From positions 3,282-67,281 of the forward strand of contig JAGXGP010000108.1 of assembly GCA_024636775.1 (NCBI GenBank): a DNA stretch of 64,000 nt, in the 5' to 3' direction. The notes under the pieces were generated by a model, which saw nothing but the letters and a program-made list of their open reading frames with translations, was not told where the DNA came from and searched no databases. Position 1 is the first letter of the stretch. Each line of letters begins with the position of its first letter. Below are positions 47,023-63,952 of this stretch, in pieces. Made by a program: the position numbers and the translations under genes. The stretch comes from Hydrogenophilales bacterium (GTDB lineage Bacteria > Pseudomonadota > Gammaproteobacteria > Burkholderiales > Thiobacillaceae).

Positions 47023-47440
47023 GGGACGTTCCTTGATTGGTGACAGCACGGCGAAGAGATCCGTCCGCGTGAACTACATAACCCCCAAAGTTTACCCAAA
47101 CAAGTCGTGTACGTGTAGCGCATCCGTACACTCCTTTCCAGAATCTTGCTCATCAAGGCGGTCATGGCGTTACCGAAGACCTGTTCTGTCTAGCGATATA
47201 ACGGCATTCGGTGGACACAGGCAAGACACATCCGTGTAAGGGGCATGGCTATAAACCCCCTGTCTGCTTCGGGGTTAGAATAACCGCCTTCTTTCAAAGC
47301 ACTGCAAGTCGTTGATACATTGGCGGGCATGTTACGGTTTAAACCGCCGCCCGCTCACGCAAAGCCGCCTTCAGGATTCATCATGGTTACGGCTCGAGTT
47401 CACGGCGCGGCAGTCGCAGCAATCAGGGAATTGAATAAAA

Positions 47441-48511
47441 ATGAGCATTCTGGTGACGGGTGGTGCAGGCTTTATCGGGGCAAATTTTGTGCTGGACTGG
47501 CTGGCCCAGTCAGACGAAGCCGTCATTAATCTTGACCTGCTGACCTACGCCGGCAATCGCGAAAGCCTGGCCTCGCTGGACGACGATGCGCGGCATATTT
47601 TTGTGCAGGGTGACATCGGCGACGCCACGCTGGTGGCCCAATTGCTCGCCCAGCATCAACCCCGCGCCATGATCAATTTCGCCGCCGAGAGCCATGTCGA
47701 CCGTTCCATCCACGGTCCGGAAGACTTCGTCCAGACCAATATTGTGGGCACGTTTCGCCTGCTGGAAGCGGTGCGTGCCCACTGGAACGGCCTGCAGGGC
47801 GATGCCAGGCAAGACTTCCGCTTTCTGCATGTCTCCACTGATGAAGTCTATGGCTCACTCAGCAAAGACGATCCGGCTTTTACCGAAACCCACCGCTACG
47901 CGCCCAACAGCCCGTATTCCGCGAGCAAGGCCGCCAGCGACCACCTGGTGCGGGCCTATCATCACACCTACGGCTTGCCGGTGCTCACCACCAACTGCTC
48001 CAACAACTACGGGCCGTATCAGTTTCCGGAAAAGCTTATCCCGCTGATGATCGTCAATGCCCTCGCGGGGAAACCTCTGCCAGTGTATGGCGACGGCCAG
48101 CAAATCCGCGACTGGCTCTACGTCACCGACCATTGCAGCGCGATTCGACGCGTACTGGAAGCCGGCATCGTCGGCGAGATCTACAACATTGGCGGCTGGA
48201 ATGAAAAACCCAACCTCGACATCGTCCACATCATTTGCACCCTGCTCGACGAATTCCACGCTCGGGCAGACGGCCAACCGTATTCCGAGCAAATTACCTA
48301 CGTCACCGACCGCCCTGGTCATGATCGCCGCTACGCCATCGACGCCAGCAAAATGGCGAGCGAACTCGGCTGGAAGCCCGCCGAAACCTTCGACACCGGC
48401 ATACGCAAAACCGTGAAGTGGTATCTGGACAACCCGGACTGGATCGCGCACGTCCAGTCCGGTACGTATCGCGAGTGGGTCGAAAAAAACTACAGCGGAC
48501 GCGCCGCGTGA
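47441..48511 (+). CDS. rfbB: dTDP-glucose 4,6-dehydratase
   Basis: [28 protein letters not shown]. Confidence 0.97.
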   Translation: MSILVTGGAGFIGANFVLDWLAQSDEAVINLDLLTYAGNRESLASLDDDARHIFVQGDIGDATLVAQLLAQHQPRAMINFAAESHVDRSIHGPEDFVQTNIVGTFRLLEAVRAHWNGLQGDARQDFRFLHVSTDEVYGSLSKDDPAFTETHRYAPNSPYSASKAASDHLVRAYHHTYGLPVLTTNCSNNYGPYQFPEKLIPLMIVNALAGKPLPVYGDGQQIRDWLYVTDHCSAIRRVLEAGIVGEIYNIGGWNEKPNLDIVHIICTLLDEFHARADGQPYSEQITYVTDRPGHDRRYAIDASKMASELGWKPAETFDTGIRKTVKWYLDNPDWIAHVQSGTYREWVEKNYSGRAA

Positions 48512-49410
48512 AAATCTTGCTATTCGGTAAAAATGGCCAGGTCGGCTGGGAATTGCAGCGCAGCCTGGCGCCGCTGGGCGAACTGGTGGCGCTGGCGTCC
48601 GACAGCCAGGCACTGTGCGGCGATTTGACCGACCTGGCGGGCATCGCCCAGACAGTTCGCGCGGTCGCTCCGGACGTCATCGTCAATGCCGCCGCCCATA
48701 CTGCGGTCGACCGCGCCGAGAGCGAACCCGAGCTGGCCCGCGCCCTCAATGCACTGGCGCCGGGCGTACTGGCCCAAGAGGCCCAACGCAGCGGGGCCTG
48801 GCTGATTCACTATTCCACCGATTATGTATTTGACGGCAGCGGCGACACGCCGTGGCTGGAAACCGACCCCACGGGTCCACTCAACGTCTACGGTCAAACC
48901 AAACTGGAAGGCGAAGCCGCCATACGGGCCTCGGGTTGCCAGCACCTCATTTTCCGCACCAGCTGGGTCTACGCCGCACGCGGCGGCAATTTCGCCAAAA
49001 CCATGCTGCGTCTGGCCCGGGAGCGCGATCATCTCGCCGTCATCAACGACCAGATCGGTGCGCCTACCGGGGCCGATCTGCTGGCAGACGTCACCGCCCA
49101 CGCCATTCGCTCCGCGATGCAGCGCCCTGAGCTTGGCGGCCTCTATCACCTCGCGGCCGGTGGCCAGACTTCCTGGTATGACTATGCTCGCTTCGTGATC
49201 GAATTTGCTCGCCAGGCGGATGCCGGGATCAAGGTTGCATCAGACGCTATTCAAGCTGTCCCCAGCAGCGCGTTTCCCACCGCCGCCCAACGTCCACTTA
49301 ACTCGCGCCTGGACACCCGAAAACTACAAACCACCTTCAATCTGCAGCTGCCTCACTGGCAAGATGGCATCACCCGCATGCTGACCGAAACGCTCGAGAA
49401 ATCCTCATGA
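48508..49410 (+). CDS. rfbD: dTDP-4-dehydrorhamnose reductase
   Basis: [20 protein letters not shown]; GTG start overlaps the rfbB stop. Confidence 0.95.
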   Translation: MKILLFGKNGQVGWELQRSLAPLGELVALASDSQALCGDLTDLAGIAQTVRAVAPDVIVNAAAHTAVDRAESEPELARALNALAPGVLAQEAQRSGAWLIHYSTDYVFDGSGDTPWLETDPTGPLNVYGQTKLEGEAAIRASGCQHLIFRTSWVYAARGGNFAKTMLRLARERDHLAVINDQIGAPTGADLLADVTAHAIRSAMQRPELGGLYHLAAGGQTSWYDYARFVIEFARQADAGIKVASDAIQAVPSSAFPTAAQRPLNSRLDTRKLQTTFNLQLPHWQDGITRMLTETLEKSS

Positions 49411-50291
49411 CCCAACGCAAAGGCATCATCCTCGCTGGCGGTTCCGGCACCCGGTTGCACCCTGCCACGCTGGCCATCAGCAAGCAGCTGTTGCCGGTGT
49501 TCGACAAGCCCATGATCTACTACCCGCTCAGCACGCTGATGCTGGCAGGGATACGCGACATTCTCATCATCTCCACCCCCCACGACACCCCACGCTTCGA
49601 GCAACTGCTGGGCGATGGCGCGCAATGGGGCCTGAATCTACAATACGCCGTGCAACCTTCGCCTGATGGTCTGGCGCAAGCCTTCCTCATCGGGGAATCC
49701 TTCATTGGCGATGACCTGACGACCCTGGTGCTGGGCGATAACATCTTCTATGGCCATGACTTCCATTTGCTATTGAATAGCGCGGTAATACGCACGGAAG
49801 GTGCCAGCGTCTTCGCCTACCATGTGCAAGACCCCGAACGCTATGGCGTGGCCGAATTCGAAGCCAGCGGCAAAGTGCTCTCACTGGAAGAAAAGCCCCA
49901 ACACCCCAAATCCAGTTATGCGGTGACCGGCCTCTATTTCTACGACCGACAAGTGGTCGAGCTGGCGAAAAGCCTTAAACCCTCGCCGCGCGGCGAGCTG
50001 GAAATCACGGACCTCAATCGCTTGTATCTGGAACAAGGGTCGCTCAATGTTGAAATCATGGGCCGAGGTTATGCCTGGCTGGACACCGGCACCCACGAAT
50101 CGCTGCTCGAGGCCAGCCAGTTCATTGCCACCCTGGAAAACCGCCAGGGCCTTAAGGTCGCCTGCCCGGAGGAGATCGCCTACCGGCATCAGTGGATCGA
50201 CGCCGCCCAGCTTGAAAAGCTGGCGCAGCCGCTGAGTAAAAACGGCTATGGGCAGTATTTGATGCGCATCCTCAAGGAAAAAGTCTTCTGA
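49407..50291 (+). CDS. rfbA: Glucose-1-phosphate thymidylyltransferase
   Basis: [26 protein letters not shown]. Confidence 0.97.
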   Translation: MTQRKGIILAGGSGTRLHPATLAISKQLLPVFDKPMIYYPLSTLMLAGIRDILIISTPHDTPRFEQLLGDGAQWGLNLQYAVQPSPDGLAQAFLIGESFIGDDLTTLVLGDNIFYGHDFHLLLNSAVIRTEGASVFAYHVQDPERYGVAEFEASGKVLSLEEKPQHPKSSYAVTGLYFYDRQVVELAKSLKPSPRGELEITDLNRLYLEQGSLNVEIMGRGYAWLDTGTHESLLEASQFIATLENRQGLKVACPEEIAYRHQWIDAAQLEKLAQPLSKNGYGQYLMRILKEKVF

Positions 50292-50836
50292 TGAAAGCCA
50301 CACCGCTTGCCATCCCCGACGTCATCCTGCTCGAACCCAAGGTATTTGGCGATGAGCGAGGCTTCTTTTTCGAAAGCTTCAATCAAGCCAGGTTTGAAGC
50401 CGCAATCGGCAGGCACGTGGACTTTGTGCAGGACAACCATTCGCGTTCGGCCAAAAACGTGTTGCGTGGCCTGCACTATCAAGTCCATCAACCCCAGGGC
50501 AAGCTGGTACGCGTCGTCCAGGGTGAAGTGTTCGATGTGGCGGTCGATATCCGCAAATCCTCGCCCACCTTTGGGCAATGGGTCGGCGAAATGCTGTCGG
50601 CTGAGAACAACTGCCAAATGTGGGTACCAGAAGGCTTTGCGCATGGCTTTGTCGTGCTCTCGGAAACGGCGGAGTTTCTCTACAAAACCACCGATTACTA
50701 CGCGCCGGAACACGAGCGCTGCATTGCCTGGAATGACCCGGCCATCGCAATTCCGTGGCCCCATGTCGGCGTACCCGCACTTTCCGCCAAGGACCAGCAG
50801 GGCAAAGCGCTCGCCGAAGCCGAACACTTTGCATGA
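50291..50836 (+). CDS. rfbC: dTDP-4-dehydrorhamnose 3,5-epimerase
   Basis: DERGFFFE, QDNHS, LRGLHYQ, GFAHGF. Confidence 0.97.
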   Translation: MKATPLAIPDVILLEPKVFGDERGFFFESFNQARFEAAIGRHVDFVQDNHSRSAKNVLRGLHYQVHQPQGKLVRVVQGEVFDVAVDIRKSSPTFGQWVGEMLSAENNCQMWVPEGFAHGFVVLSETAEFLYKTTDYYAPEHERCIAWNDPAIAIPWPHVGVPALSAKDQQGKALAEAEHFA

Positions 50837-51075
50837 CGCCAGCCCCGGCCTGAACACCCGGCCAGTGCCCTGACGATATTCAAGCAAGCCCAGCCTGGCC
50901 GGAATTTTCCGGGGGTTCTGAACTCCAATTCCGGGTTCCTCGCGATTCCTATCCCTTGCTGAAACAAGGGGCACACGTTGCTCCAACCGTCAGACGGGAT
51001 TAAAATGCCGCACTTTTCGCTTTAATTTTGCGGCTTGCCTCCGGGCAGGCCGCTGTTGCCTGAGCACACAGAACT

Positions 51076-56968
<5,893 letters not shown>

Positions 56969-57033
56969 CCCGCCACATGCGCATGGACGATCATCGTCCA
57001 TGCGCTGTTCACCGAGAGGGGAATGCTGAAGCC

Positions 57034-58494
57034 ATGCCACCGATTTTTACGCGGATGCTGCCTGGCCCCTATTACCCCCGCTCGTTCACCATCCTGGTCA
57101 TTGTGGCCATGGGTGTGCTGACCGTCCCGCTCGCCAGCGGGTTGATCAACGCAATACACATTCTGCAGGGCGTGGTCGACACCCAACGCCAGTTCACCCG
57201 CTCCAGCCTCGCCATCACGCGTGACGTGCGGCTGGTGGTTGAATCGATTAACGAGCTGCAGCGCGCTGCCGGGCAGTACCACTTACTGCAGGATGCGGAC
57301 TTTGCCTCCACGCTTCGTATGCGCTACGAGGACCTGCGTGCGCAATTGAACAGGCTTGATACGCAACTTGTCGACACGCCTTCCCGCGTCACCCTGACCC
57401 AGCTTGAAACGCGCAGCCGGGCGCTGTATCCCCAGCTAAAACCCGGCACGTTCCTCGACAGCACGCAATTCCATACGCTTAACCCCAGCTTCGACGTACT
57501 CCACACGTCAGCGCGCACCCTGCAATCGCAATCCGACGCTGCGGTGCAGCAGGAACTGCTGACGCTTGAGACCAAGGTCAAATCCACCCGCCAGCGCCTC
57601 ATTGTGCTAGCGCTGGCGCTGATTCCGTTGACGCTGGTGCTCGCCACGGTCTTTTCCTGGATGATCAACCGTCCGATCAAGCAGCTCAAGGCTTCGATCC
57701 AGCAATTGGGACGGGCCAATCTGGATCCCTTGCCGGCCATCAGCGGGCCGCAAGACATGATCGAGCTTGGGCGCGAAATAGACTGGTTGCGGCAGCGATT
57801 ACAAGCGCTGGAAGAACAGAAACTGCGTTTTCTACGTCATGTCTCGCATGAACTGAAAACGCCGCTCGCTTCTCTGCGTGAGGGTGTCGGCCTCCTCAGC
57901 GACGAACTTGCGGGGAACCTGAATACAGGCCAGCGCAGTATTGTTGAAATCATGGACAGCAGCAGCCGTGAATTGCAACGACGTATTGAAGACCTGCTAC
58001 GGTACAGCAATCTGGTACGAGACGACACGCAGCCGCCGGCGACGCCACAATCCCTGCCCGACGTCCTCACAACGGTTCTGGCACGGCACCAGTTGCCGTT
58101 GAACGCACGCCGTATTCAGGTCGACACCCACATCGCAGCCACCACCCTCCATGTTGATCGCAGTCAGCTGGAGACCATCCTCGACAACCTACTGTCGAAC
58201 GCAATCAAATTCAGTCCTGAAGATGGCCGCATTCTGGTGGATAGCGCTCTCGTCAACGGGTCCGTTACGCTATGGGTTTGTGATCAGGGTCGGGGCATCC
58301 CGGAAGCCGAACAAAGCCAAATATTCGAACCTTTCTTTCAAGGCGCACACCAACCCGACAGCGCGATCAAGGGCAGTGGGCTAGGCTTGTCGATCGTGCG
58401 AGAATATTTGCTGGATGCCGGTGGCCAAATTGAAGTCATCGCGCGCCCTCCTTGGACAACCTGTTTCCGCTTAACCTGGCCCGCGCCCTCATGA
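57034..58494 (+). CDS. Sensor histidine kinase (GlrK/QseE-like)
   Basis: Two TM helices; HAMP; FLRHVSHELKTPLAS; NLLSNA; GSGLGL. Confidence 0.9.
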   Translation: MPPIFTRMLPGPYYPRSFTILVIVAMGVLTVPLASGLINAIHILQGVVDTQRQFTRSSLAITRDVRLVVESINELQRAAGQYHLLQDADFASTLRMRYEDLRAQLNRLDTQLVDTPSRVTLTQLETRSRALYPQLKPGTFLDSTQFHTLNPSFDVLHTSARTLQSQSDAAVQQELLTLETKVKSTRQRLIVLALALIPLTLVLATVFSWMINRPIKQLKASIQQLGRANLDPLPAISGPQDMIELGREIDWLRQRLQALEEQKLRFLRHVSHELKTPLASLREGVGLLSDELAGNLNTGQRSIVEIMDSSSRELQRRIEDLLRYSNLVRDDTQPPATPQSLPDVLTTVLARHQLPLNARRIQVDTHIAATTLHVDRSQLETILDNLLSNAIKFSPEDGRILVDSALVNGSVTLWVCDQGRGIPEAEQSQIFEPFFQGAHQPDSAIKGSGLGLSIVREYLLDAGGQIEVIARPPWTTCFRLTWPAPS

Positions 58495-58958
58495 AACTCA
58501 ACTCCGGATTGCTCGCAGGTCTGTTGCTGACACTCAGCGCCTGCACGCTCCTTCCCGAAATGCCCAGTCCACGGGTGCGCCAGGCCGACCCCGTCACATT
58601 TTCATTGCTCAACGAGTTGGCGCGCGTGTCAGCCTTGTCTGGCGAGCAACGTCGGCGTGAGTTGGCCGACCTGGACGGCGTCCGCATGAACGACAGCCGA
58701 CGTTTTCAGCTGGCGGCCCTGCTCGAACGCGAAGACAGCGTGGAGGCGCTCGAACGCAGCCTGAAAATGCTGGCCGCCATGAACGAGGACGATGCACGCT
58801 CACAATCCCTGATCGATCTGATGAAAAAATCGCTCAAGGCACGCATCGAAAACAAACAGATCATCACGCGAAATGCGGAATTGCAGGACAAACTCGACCA
58901 GATCAAAGCCCTGGAAAAATCCTTGCAGCAACGCAACGCGCCACTCAAAACCCCATGA
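58491..58958 (+). CDS. QseG-like lipoprotein
   Basis: LSAC lipobox; C-terminal LQDKLDQIKALEKSL; located between kinase and regulator. Confidence 0.75.
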   Translation: MKLNSGLLAGLLLTLSACTLLPEMPSPRVRQADPVTFSLLNELARVSALSGEQRRRELADLDGVRMNDSRRFQLAALLEREDSVEALERSLKMLAAMNEDDARSQSLIDLMKKSLKARIENKQIITRNAELQDKLDQIKALEKSLQQRNAPLKTP

Positions 58959-60307
58959 AAAAACCGCAAATCTTGCTGGTGGACGACGATGCAGGCTTAC
59001 GCAAGCTGATCACGCTGCGGCTGGAGGCCAACGGATTCCGGGTCGAGGCAGTTGATAGCGGCGAAGCTGCATTGGGTCAACTCGCGGTCACGCGCCCGGA
59101 AGCCGTGTTGACCGACATGCAAATGAACGGCATGGACGGCATGGCACTGTTTAATGCCATTCATGCACGCGACCCGTCATTGCCCGTGATTGTGCTCACC
59201 GCGCACGGCACGATTCCCGATGCCGTCGCTGCGACCCAGCGTGGACTATTCGGTTACCTGACCAAACCCTACGATGCCCCCACCCTGATCGAACTGCTGA
59301 AGCGCGCCACCCGGCTGGCGGGCAGCAGTCCCGACGCCATCGACAACAGCTGGCGCGACGAAATCGTTACCGCCAGCCCAGCCATGGACACCCTGCTGGC
59401 AGAAGCCCGGCTGGCCGCACAGAGCGACGCCGCATTACTGATCCAGGGTGAGTCAGGCACCGGTAAAGAGCTGCTAGCGCGCGCGATACATCGTGCCAGT
59501 CCACGCCATGCCAAGCCGTTCGTCGCGATCAACTGCGGGGCGATCCCGGCCGAGCTGCTCGAATCCGAACTGTTTGGTCACGTAAAAGGTGCCTTTACGG
59601 GTGCTGGACGCGACCATCCCGGCCTGTTCCTGAGCGCGCAGGGCGGTACCGTTTTCCTCGACGAGATTGGCGACATGCCCGCTGCGCTGCAGGTCAAGCT
59701 GCTGCGCGTGCTGCAGGAATGCGAAGTGCGGTCGGTCGGCTCGACAGAAACGCGTGCCGTCGATGTGCGCATCCTGTCCGCCACTCATCGCAATCTGGAA
59801 GAAGCCATTGCCAGCAGCGCCTTCCGCGAAGACCTGTATTACCGCCTGAACGTGGTCAACCTGATGCTGCCGCCGCTGCGCGAGCGACGCGAAGACATTC
59901 CGCTTTTGGCCCAGCATTTTCTGTCCACCCTGACAGAAAAATACCGGCGGCGCATTCACGCCTTCGCCCCCGATGCGCTGGACATGCTGACGGCCGCCGA
60001 CTGGCCGGGCAATATCCGGCAGTTGCAAAACGTGCTCGAGCAATGCTGTGCACTGTGCACCACGGCAACCATCCCGGCCACGCTGGTTTCACGCGCCCTG
60101 CGTGACAAACCCGCCGAGATCCAGCCGTTGGCCGAGGCCCGCAGCGCATTCGAACGCGATTACCTCATCACCTTGCTGAAACTGACCCACGGTCATGTCA
60201 GTGAAGTGGCACGTCTGGCCGGACGCAACCGTACCGAAGTGTATCGACTGCTGCAGCGCCACGGTTTGACCCCCGCTTTATTCAAGGATCGCGACGAACC
60301 GGCTTGA
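58955..60307 (+). CDS. glrR: sigma54-dependent response regulator (GlrR/QseF-like)
   Basis: REC domain; GESGTGKE; GAFTGA; C-terminal ARLAGRNRTEVYRLLQRH. Confidence 0.85.
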   Translation: MKKPQILLVDDDAGLRKLITLRLEANGFRVEAVDSGEAALGQLAVTRPEAVLTDMQMNGMDGMALFNAIHARDPSLPVIVLTAHGTIPDAVAATQRGLFGYLTKPYDAPTLIELLKRATRLAGSSPDAIDNSWRDEIVTASPAMDTLLAEARLAAQSDAALLIQGESGTGKELLARAIHRASPRHAKPFVAINCGAIPAELLESELFGHVKGAFTGAGRDHPGLFLSAQGGTVFLDEIGDMPAALQVKLLRVLQECEVRSVGSTETRAVDVRILSATHRNLEEAIASSAFREDLYYRLNVVNLMLPPLRERREDIPLLAQHFLSTLTEKYRRRIHAFAPDALDMLTAADWPGNIRQLQNVLEQCCALCTTATIPATLVSRALRDKPAEIQPLAEARSAFERDYLITLLKLTHGHVSEVARLAGRNRTEVYRLLQRHGLTPALFKDRDEPA

Positions 60308-60308
60308 T

Positions 60309-60416
60309 TGTCGTGCAGAGGCGACACCTGAGGGATGCAGTTCAGGTGTATACCGGACAAATTGAACGCCACCCCATGATTTAAAAGCCTTTATTTGCCA
60401 TGGCACGCCCCCTGCT
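60309..60416 (+). promoter_or_regulatory. GlrR-type UAS plus sigma54 promoter
   Basis: TGTC-N10-GACA at 60309-60326; TGGCACG-N4-CTGC at 60401-60415. Confidence 0.7.
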
Positions 60417-60468
60417 TAGGGATGGATACGCACCTTTGCGCAGACATCCACTTCAAGAGGAGACCACC

Positions 60469-60636
60469 ATGTTCGGATGGGCCATTTCATTTTTAACCAT
60501 TGCCATCATCGCTGGAATTTTCGGCTTCTCCGGAGTCGCCGGCACTGTTGCGGGTGTCGCAAAAATCCTGTTTGTCGTGGGTTTGCTGATGTTTCTTGTT
60601 TTACTGGTTACTGGCCGCCGCACGCCGCCACTCTAA
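60469..60636 (+). CDS. DUF1328 (YtjA-like) small membrane protein
   Basis: [24 protein letters not shown]....VAKILF. Confidence 0.9.
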   Translation: MFGWAISFLTIAIIAGIFGFSGVAGTVAGVAKILFVVGLLMFLVLLVTGRRTPPL

Positions 60637-60770
60637 TAACCCCAACCGTCCACCGAATAGGGGAGCCCGGCTCCCTGTTTTGTTATGGATACCGGGAAGG
60701 CTTGGCAAGTCGTCGCCCAGCAACAAAAATATGATTTTAAATCAAACAGTTGCATAAGTTGGCGTGTTTG

Positions 60771-60888
60771 CGTCGCTCTCAAGCGACAAATCGCCTCCTA
60801 ATCCCGGTTTATTCTCCAGGAAAATGCCCATCCCTATGACATAACGGTTTGATTTTCTTTGGCTTGTTTGATCTGGCACGGTCATTGC
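60771..60888 (+). promoter_or_regulatory. Second GlrR-type UAS plus sigma54 promoter
   Basis: CGTC-N10-GACA at 60771-60788; TGGCACG-N4-TTGC at 60874-60888. Confidence 0.7.
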
Positions 60889-60938
60889 GCAGAAACTGCC
60901 AGTGACCCTCAACAACCAACCCAAATCAGGAGAGAGAC

Positions 60939-61427
60939 ATGAAAATGCTTGCGCAGTCCATGCTGATTTTAATACTGGTCGCCACACTGGGCGCCTTCAC
61001 CGCCACCGCCCCCATGGCAGGCCTTGTCGCCCCCCCTTTCAACGCCTATGACAGCAATGCGGATGGCGCGATCAGCATGGAAGAGTTTCAGGCCCAGGGT
61101 GGACTGGTGAAGTCTTTCCACGATAGCGACATGAATCGTGACTTGAGCCTGAGCAAGGATGAGCTTGCCGCTGCAAGCGCGAGCACCGATCGCATCATGT
61201 CCACCCGGTTCATCGACGATGCCTGGATTACCGCCAAAGTGAAAACCATGCTGCTGAAAGACGACATCGTGAAGGGACTGAGCGTTAACGTGGAAACCAG
61301 CAAAGGCATGGTCCAGTTGTCCGGCTGGGTCAATCACGCGTTTCAGATTGACCAGGCAGAACGTGTCGCACGTAGCATCAATGGCGTAAAAAGCGTCAGA
61401 AACGACCTGCAACTCAACAAGCGTTAA
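60939..61427 (+). CDS. Secreted EF-hand + BON-domain protein (OsmY-like)
   Basis: DSNADGAISMEE and DMNRDLSLSKDE EF-hand-like loops; DDAWITAKVK...V.LSG.V BON domain. Confidence 0.85.
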   Translation: MKMLAQSMLILILVATLGAFTATAPMAGLVAPPFNAYDSNADGAISMEEFQAQGGLVKSFHDSDMNRDLSLSKDELAAASASTDRIMSTRFIDDAWITAKVKTMLLKDDIVKGLSVNVETSKGMVQLSGWVNHAFQIDQAERVARSINGVKSVRNDLQLNKR

Positions 61428-61467
61428 TCACGCTTAGCCTTCACGACCGCTCCGAACTTCAATCAGG

Positions 61468-61857
61468 ATGATTATCATGCCTTTCAGCCCCCCCTCCCTC
61501 AATGCCGAGCACATGAAACCGCACCCAATGCATGACGCTGAGTCGGAGACCGCCCCCCAACGATCCTGGCGCAGGCACACCTGGCGTGTCTGGATTGCGG
61601 CGTTGGCCATTTTGACGGCATTTCTGCTGTTGAATGGGTGCGAGAAAAAAGGCACGGCTGAGCAAGCGGGTGCACAGGTTGACGAGGCTGCGCGCGGCAT
61701 GAATGACCCAGTGGATACGATAAACCAGCTCGCCCCACCCCAGGCAGGTCCCGCAGAGGAAATGGGGCGTACGCTGGATGAGCCGGTTGAACACCCTGGC
61801 GAAAAAACTGAGCCCATGGGTGATGCAATGCAAAATCAGCAAAAAACCACGCCGTAA
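61468..61857 (+). CDS. Hypothetical lipoprotein-like protein
   Basis: Hydrophobic segment ending LNGC; GTAEQAG/GPAEEMG repeats; start uncertain. Confidence 0.6.
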   Translation: MIIMPFSPPSLNAEHMKPHPMHDAESETAPQRSWRRHTWRVWIAALAILTAFLLLNGCEKKGTAEQAGAQVDEAARGMNDPVDTINQLAPPQAGPAEEMGRTLDEPVEHPGEKTEPMGDAMQNQQKTTP

Positions 61858-61874
61858 CAACACGAGCGGGACTC

Positions 61875-61903
61875 AAAAAAACCGGGGCAGAAGCCCCGGC
61901 AAA
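61875..61903. terminator. Terminator between convergent genes
   Basis: A run followed by CCGGGGC-agaa-GCCCCGG. Confidence 0.7.
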
Positions 61904-61923
61904 TTACGTCCAATAAAATTGGA

Positions 61924-63081
61924 TCAGAATTTGTAGCTATACATGAGCTGTGCGTTCAGCTGGCTGTGCTTGATCTGCATGCCGCCATTACCACCCAACG
62001 ACATGGCTGGACCGGTGCCGGTTACGCGCATTTCAGGTACGTAGGCCAGACCAAAATTGACTTCGGATTGCGCGCTGACAACATAACCAAAGCCTGCCGT
62101 GTAGTGATGTTCCACGATGGCCGGCCACAGGTGCGTCACATATTGGCTCGGAATCGGATTCTTGCCGTAGTTGTAACCAACCCGAGCCGTCAGCGCGTCA
62201 TTGACCTTGTATGACATGCCCAGGGCCACCACAACTTGGTCGTCCCAATCCTGTTTGAACGGCACCGTGCCACCGGGGGTCACGATGGTGACAGTATTCA
62301 TGCTGTTGCTCCACAGCACATCTTTAATGTCTGCTGCCAGCATAAGCCGATCATTTGCCTGCCAGGCCAAACCCAAAGCAACGACAGCCGGCATATCGAA
62401 ACCTTTCACCGTGTAGCCATCGCCCTTGAGATTGGGCAGGTTGCCCGCGGTCTGATATACCCCGCCCAAGGTCAGTGTTTTATTCAACTTGTAGGTAAAG
62501 CCCAGCTTGCCTGCCAGGCTGTAACCCTTGGCGGCACCCGTGAAGTCGCTGTCATCCTTGAAATTGATCCCGGCGGCACCCATCACCAGATCCATCCCTG
62601 CCCATACAACATCCACACTGCCGCCTATGTTCAGGCGATCATTCACCGCATACGCCAGCGGGAAAATCAGCCGACCCACACCGACCTGCGCCATGTCGCC
62701 ATTGGCGTATTCCGTGCCCATGCCACCCTGGCCATAAATGCCCGCGCCATAGGTCAGCTTGCCCTGTTTCTTCACATAGCCGAAAGCCGGCATATAGAAC
62801 GCATCCGCGCTGGACTCGCCCGCCGTTCCGGGTGCGGACACATCAGGTCCGACAAAACCAGCCATGACATCAATCCGGCTACCCGGCGCCATCAAGCCCA
62901 GAGTTGCCGGGTTGTTGGCCATGGCTGCCGATCCATTGTCATATGCCATGGCGGCGCCGCCCATCGCAGACGCGATCGGTCCATAGCCTTCCATCAACAT
63001 ACCGTTGGTGGCCAACGCCGAGCTGGGCAGCGCGACACATATCACGGCCATGCTGGCCACGAGTTTCTTCAGTTTCATCAA
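61924..63081 (-). CDS. FadL/OmpP1/TodX outer-membrane transporter
   Basis: ATNG..MEGYGP...AMGG; NNPA; terminal YSYKF. Confidence 0.9.
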   Translation of the reverse strand: MMKLKKLVASMAVICVALPSSALATNGMLMEGYGPIASAMGGAAMAYDNGSAAMANNPATLGLMAPGSRIDVMAGFVGPDVSAPGTAGESSADAFYMPAFGYVKKQGKLTYGAGIYGQGGMGTEYANGDMAQVGVGRLIFPLAYAVNDRLNIGGSVDVVWAGMDLVMGAAGINFKDDSDFTGAAKGYSLAGKLGFTYKLNKTLTLGGVYQTAGNLPNLKGDGYTVKGFDMPAVVALGLAWQANDRLMLAADIKDVLWSNSMNTVTIVTPGGTVPFKQDWDDQVVVALGMSYKVNDALTARVGYNYGKNPIPSQYVTHLWPAIVEHHYTAGFGYVVSAQSEVNFGLAYVPEMRVTGTGPAMSLGGNGGMQIKHSQLNAQLMYSYKF

Positions 63082-63220
63082 GATTCCCTACGAGATGGTT
63101 ACTTATGCAAGACATTCAATTCGCGTTTTGAGGTGGTGCCGGTCTGTTGGCGGCACCCGGAACTTCAGTCACCTGACAGTGTATCGACAGCACGCAGAAG
63201 AACTTAAGCCCTGCATCACC

Positions 63221-63245
63221 GTTACATTGCGTTACACCTTGTTAC
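63221..63245. promoter_or_regulatory. Three GTTAC direct repeats, 10-bp period (OmpR-family-like box)
   Basis: GTTACattgcGTTACaccttGTTAC between divergent genes. Confidence 0.4.
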
Positions 63246-63344
63246 GGCACTCAAACATAACGCTTACACCGCGCGCCTAAAGTGCAGTTGTCCGCTGACG
63301 CACCACACACCAGCGGCCTCACTTAACGGAATAGGAGCGACACC

Positions 63345-63860
63345 ATGAAAACCCAACTGATGAACAAAACCCTCGTTGCACTGGCGCTCGGCAGCTTGGT
63401 AATGATCACAAGCGGCGCCCACGCCAACGACTCGCGTAACAGCAATGGATATGGCAATCGCAATGCTGCCGTCGTGCAGATCGAAGTTGCAACCCAGCGC
63501 AGCCGCCATGAATCGCGTGAACCCGCGTTCCAGCACAAGCATCACAACCAAAGGGGTCACGCCTACCAGCAAAGTCAGAAATTCAGCCAGCAGGTCAATG
63601 CGCGCCAAAATCGTCAAATGGATCGCATTCAGGCAGGCAAGCGTTCCGGAAGTTTGACCCGGTACGAGTTCCGCGAGTTGATGCATGAACAACGCCATAT
63701 ACGTTCCATGGAGCAGAATTTCCTTGCGGACGGCATCATCAACCCACGTGAGTTCCAACGTTTGGACCGCGCACTGGACCAGGCCAACCGCAGCATCCGC
63801 TCAGAAAAGCATGACCTGCAGGCCCGCAACAATCATGGCTACAATTCCCGCTGGAACTAA
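63345..63860 (+). CDS. Secreted hypothetical protein (RQ..RI..G..SG.LT..E type)
   Basis: Signal peptide; helical repeat; RBS AGGAG. Confidence 0.75.
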   Translation: MKTQLMNKTLVALALGSLVMITSGAHANDSRNSNGYGNRNAAVVQIEVATQRSRHESREPAFQHKHHNQRGHAYQQSQKFSQQVNARQNRQMDRIQAGKRSGSLTRYEFRELMHEQRHIRSMEQNFLADGIINPREFQRLDRALDQANRSIRSEKHDLQARNNHGYNSRWN

Positions 63861-63952
63861 GTCGGCAGGGCGTGCGCCACGCACGCCTGCCACTACAGTT
63901 AAGCGGTTTTCAGTCGTTATTGTTCAACCCCAAAAATTGTAAGGAGCCCTCC

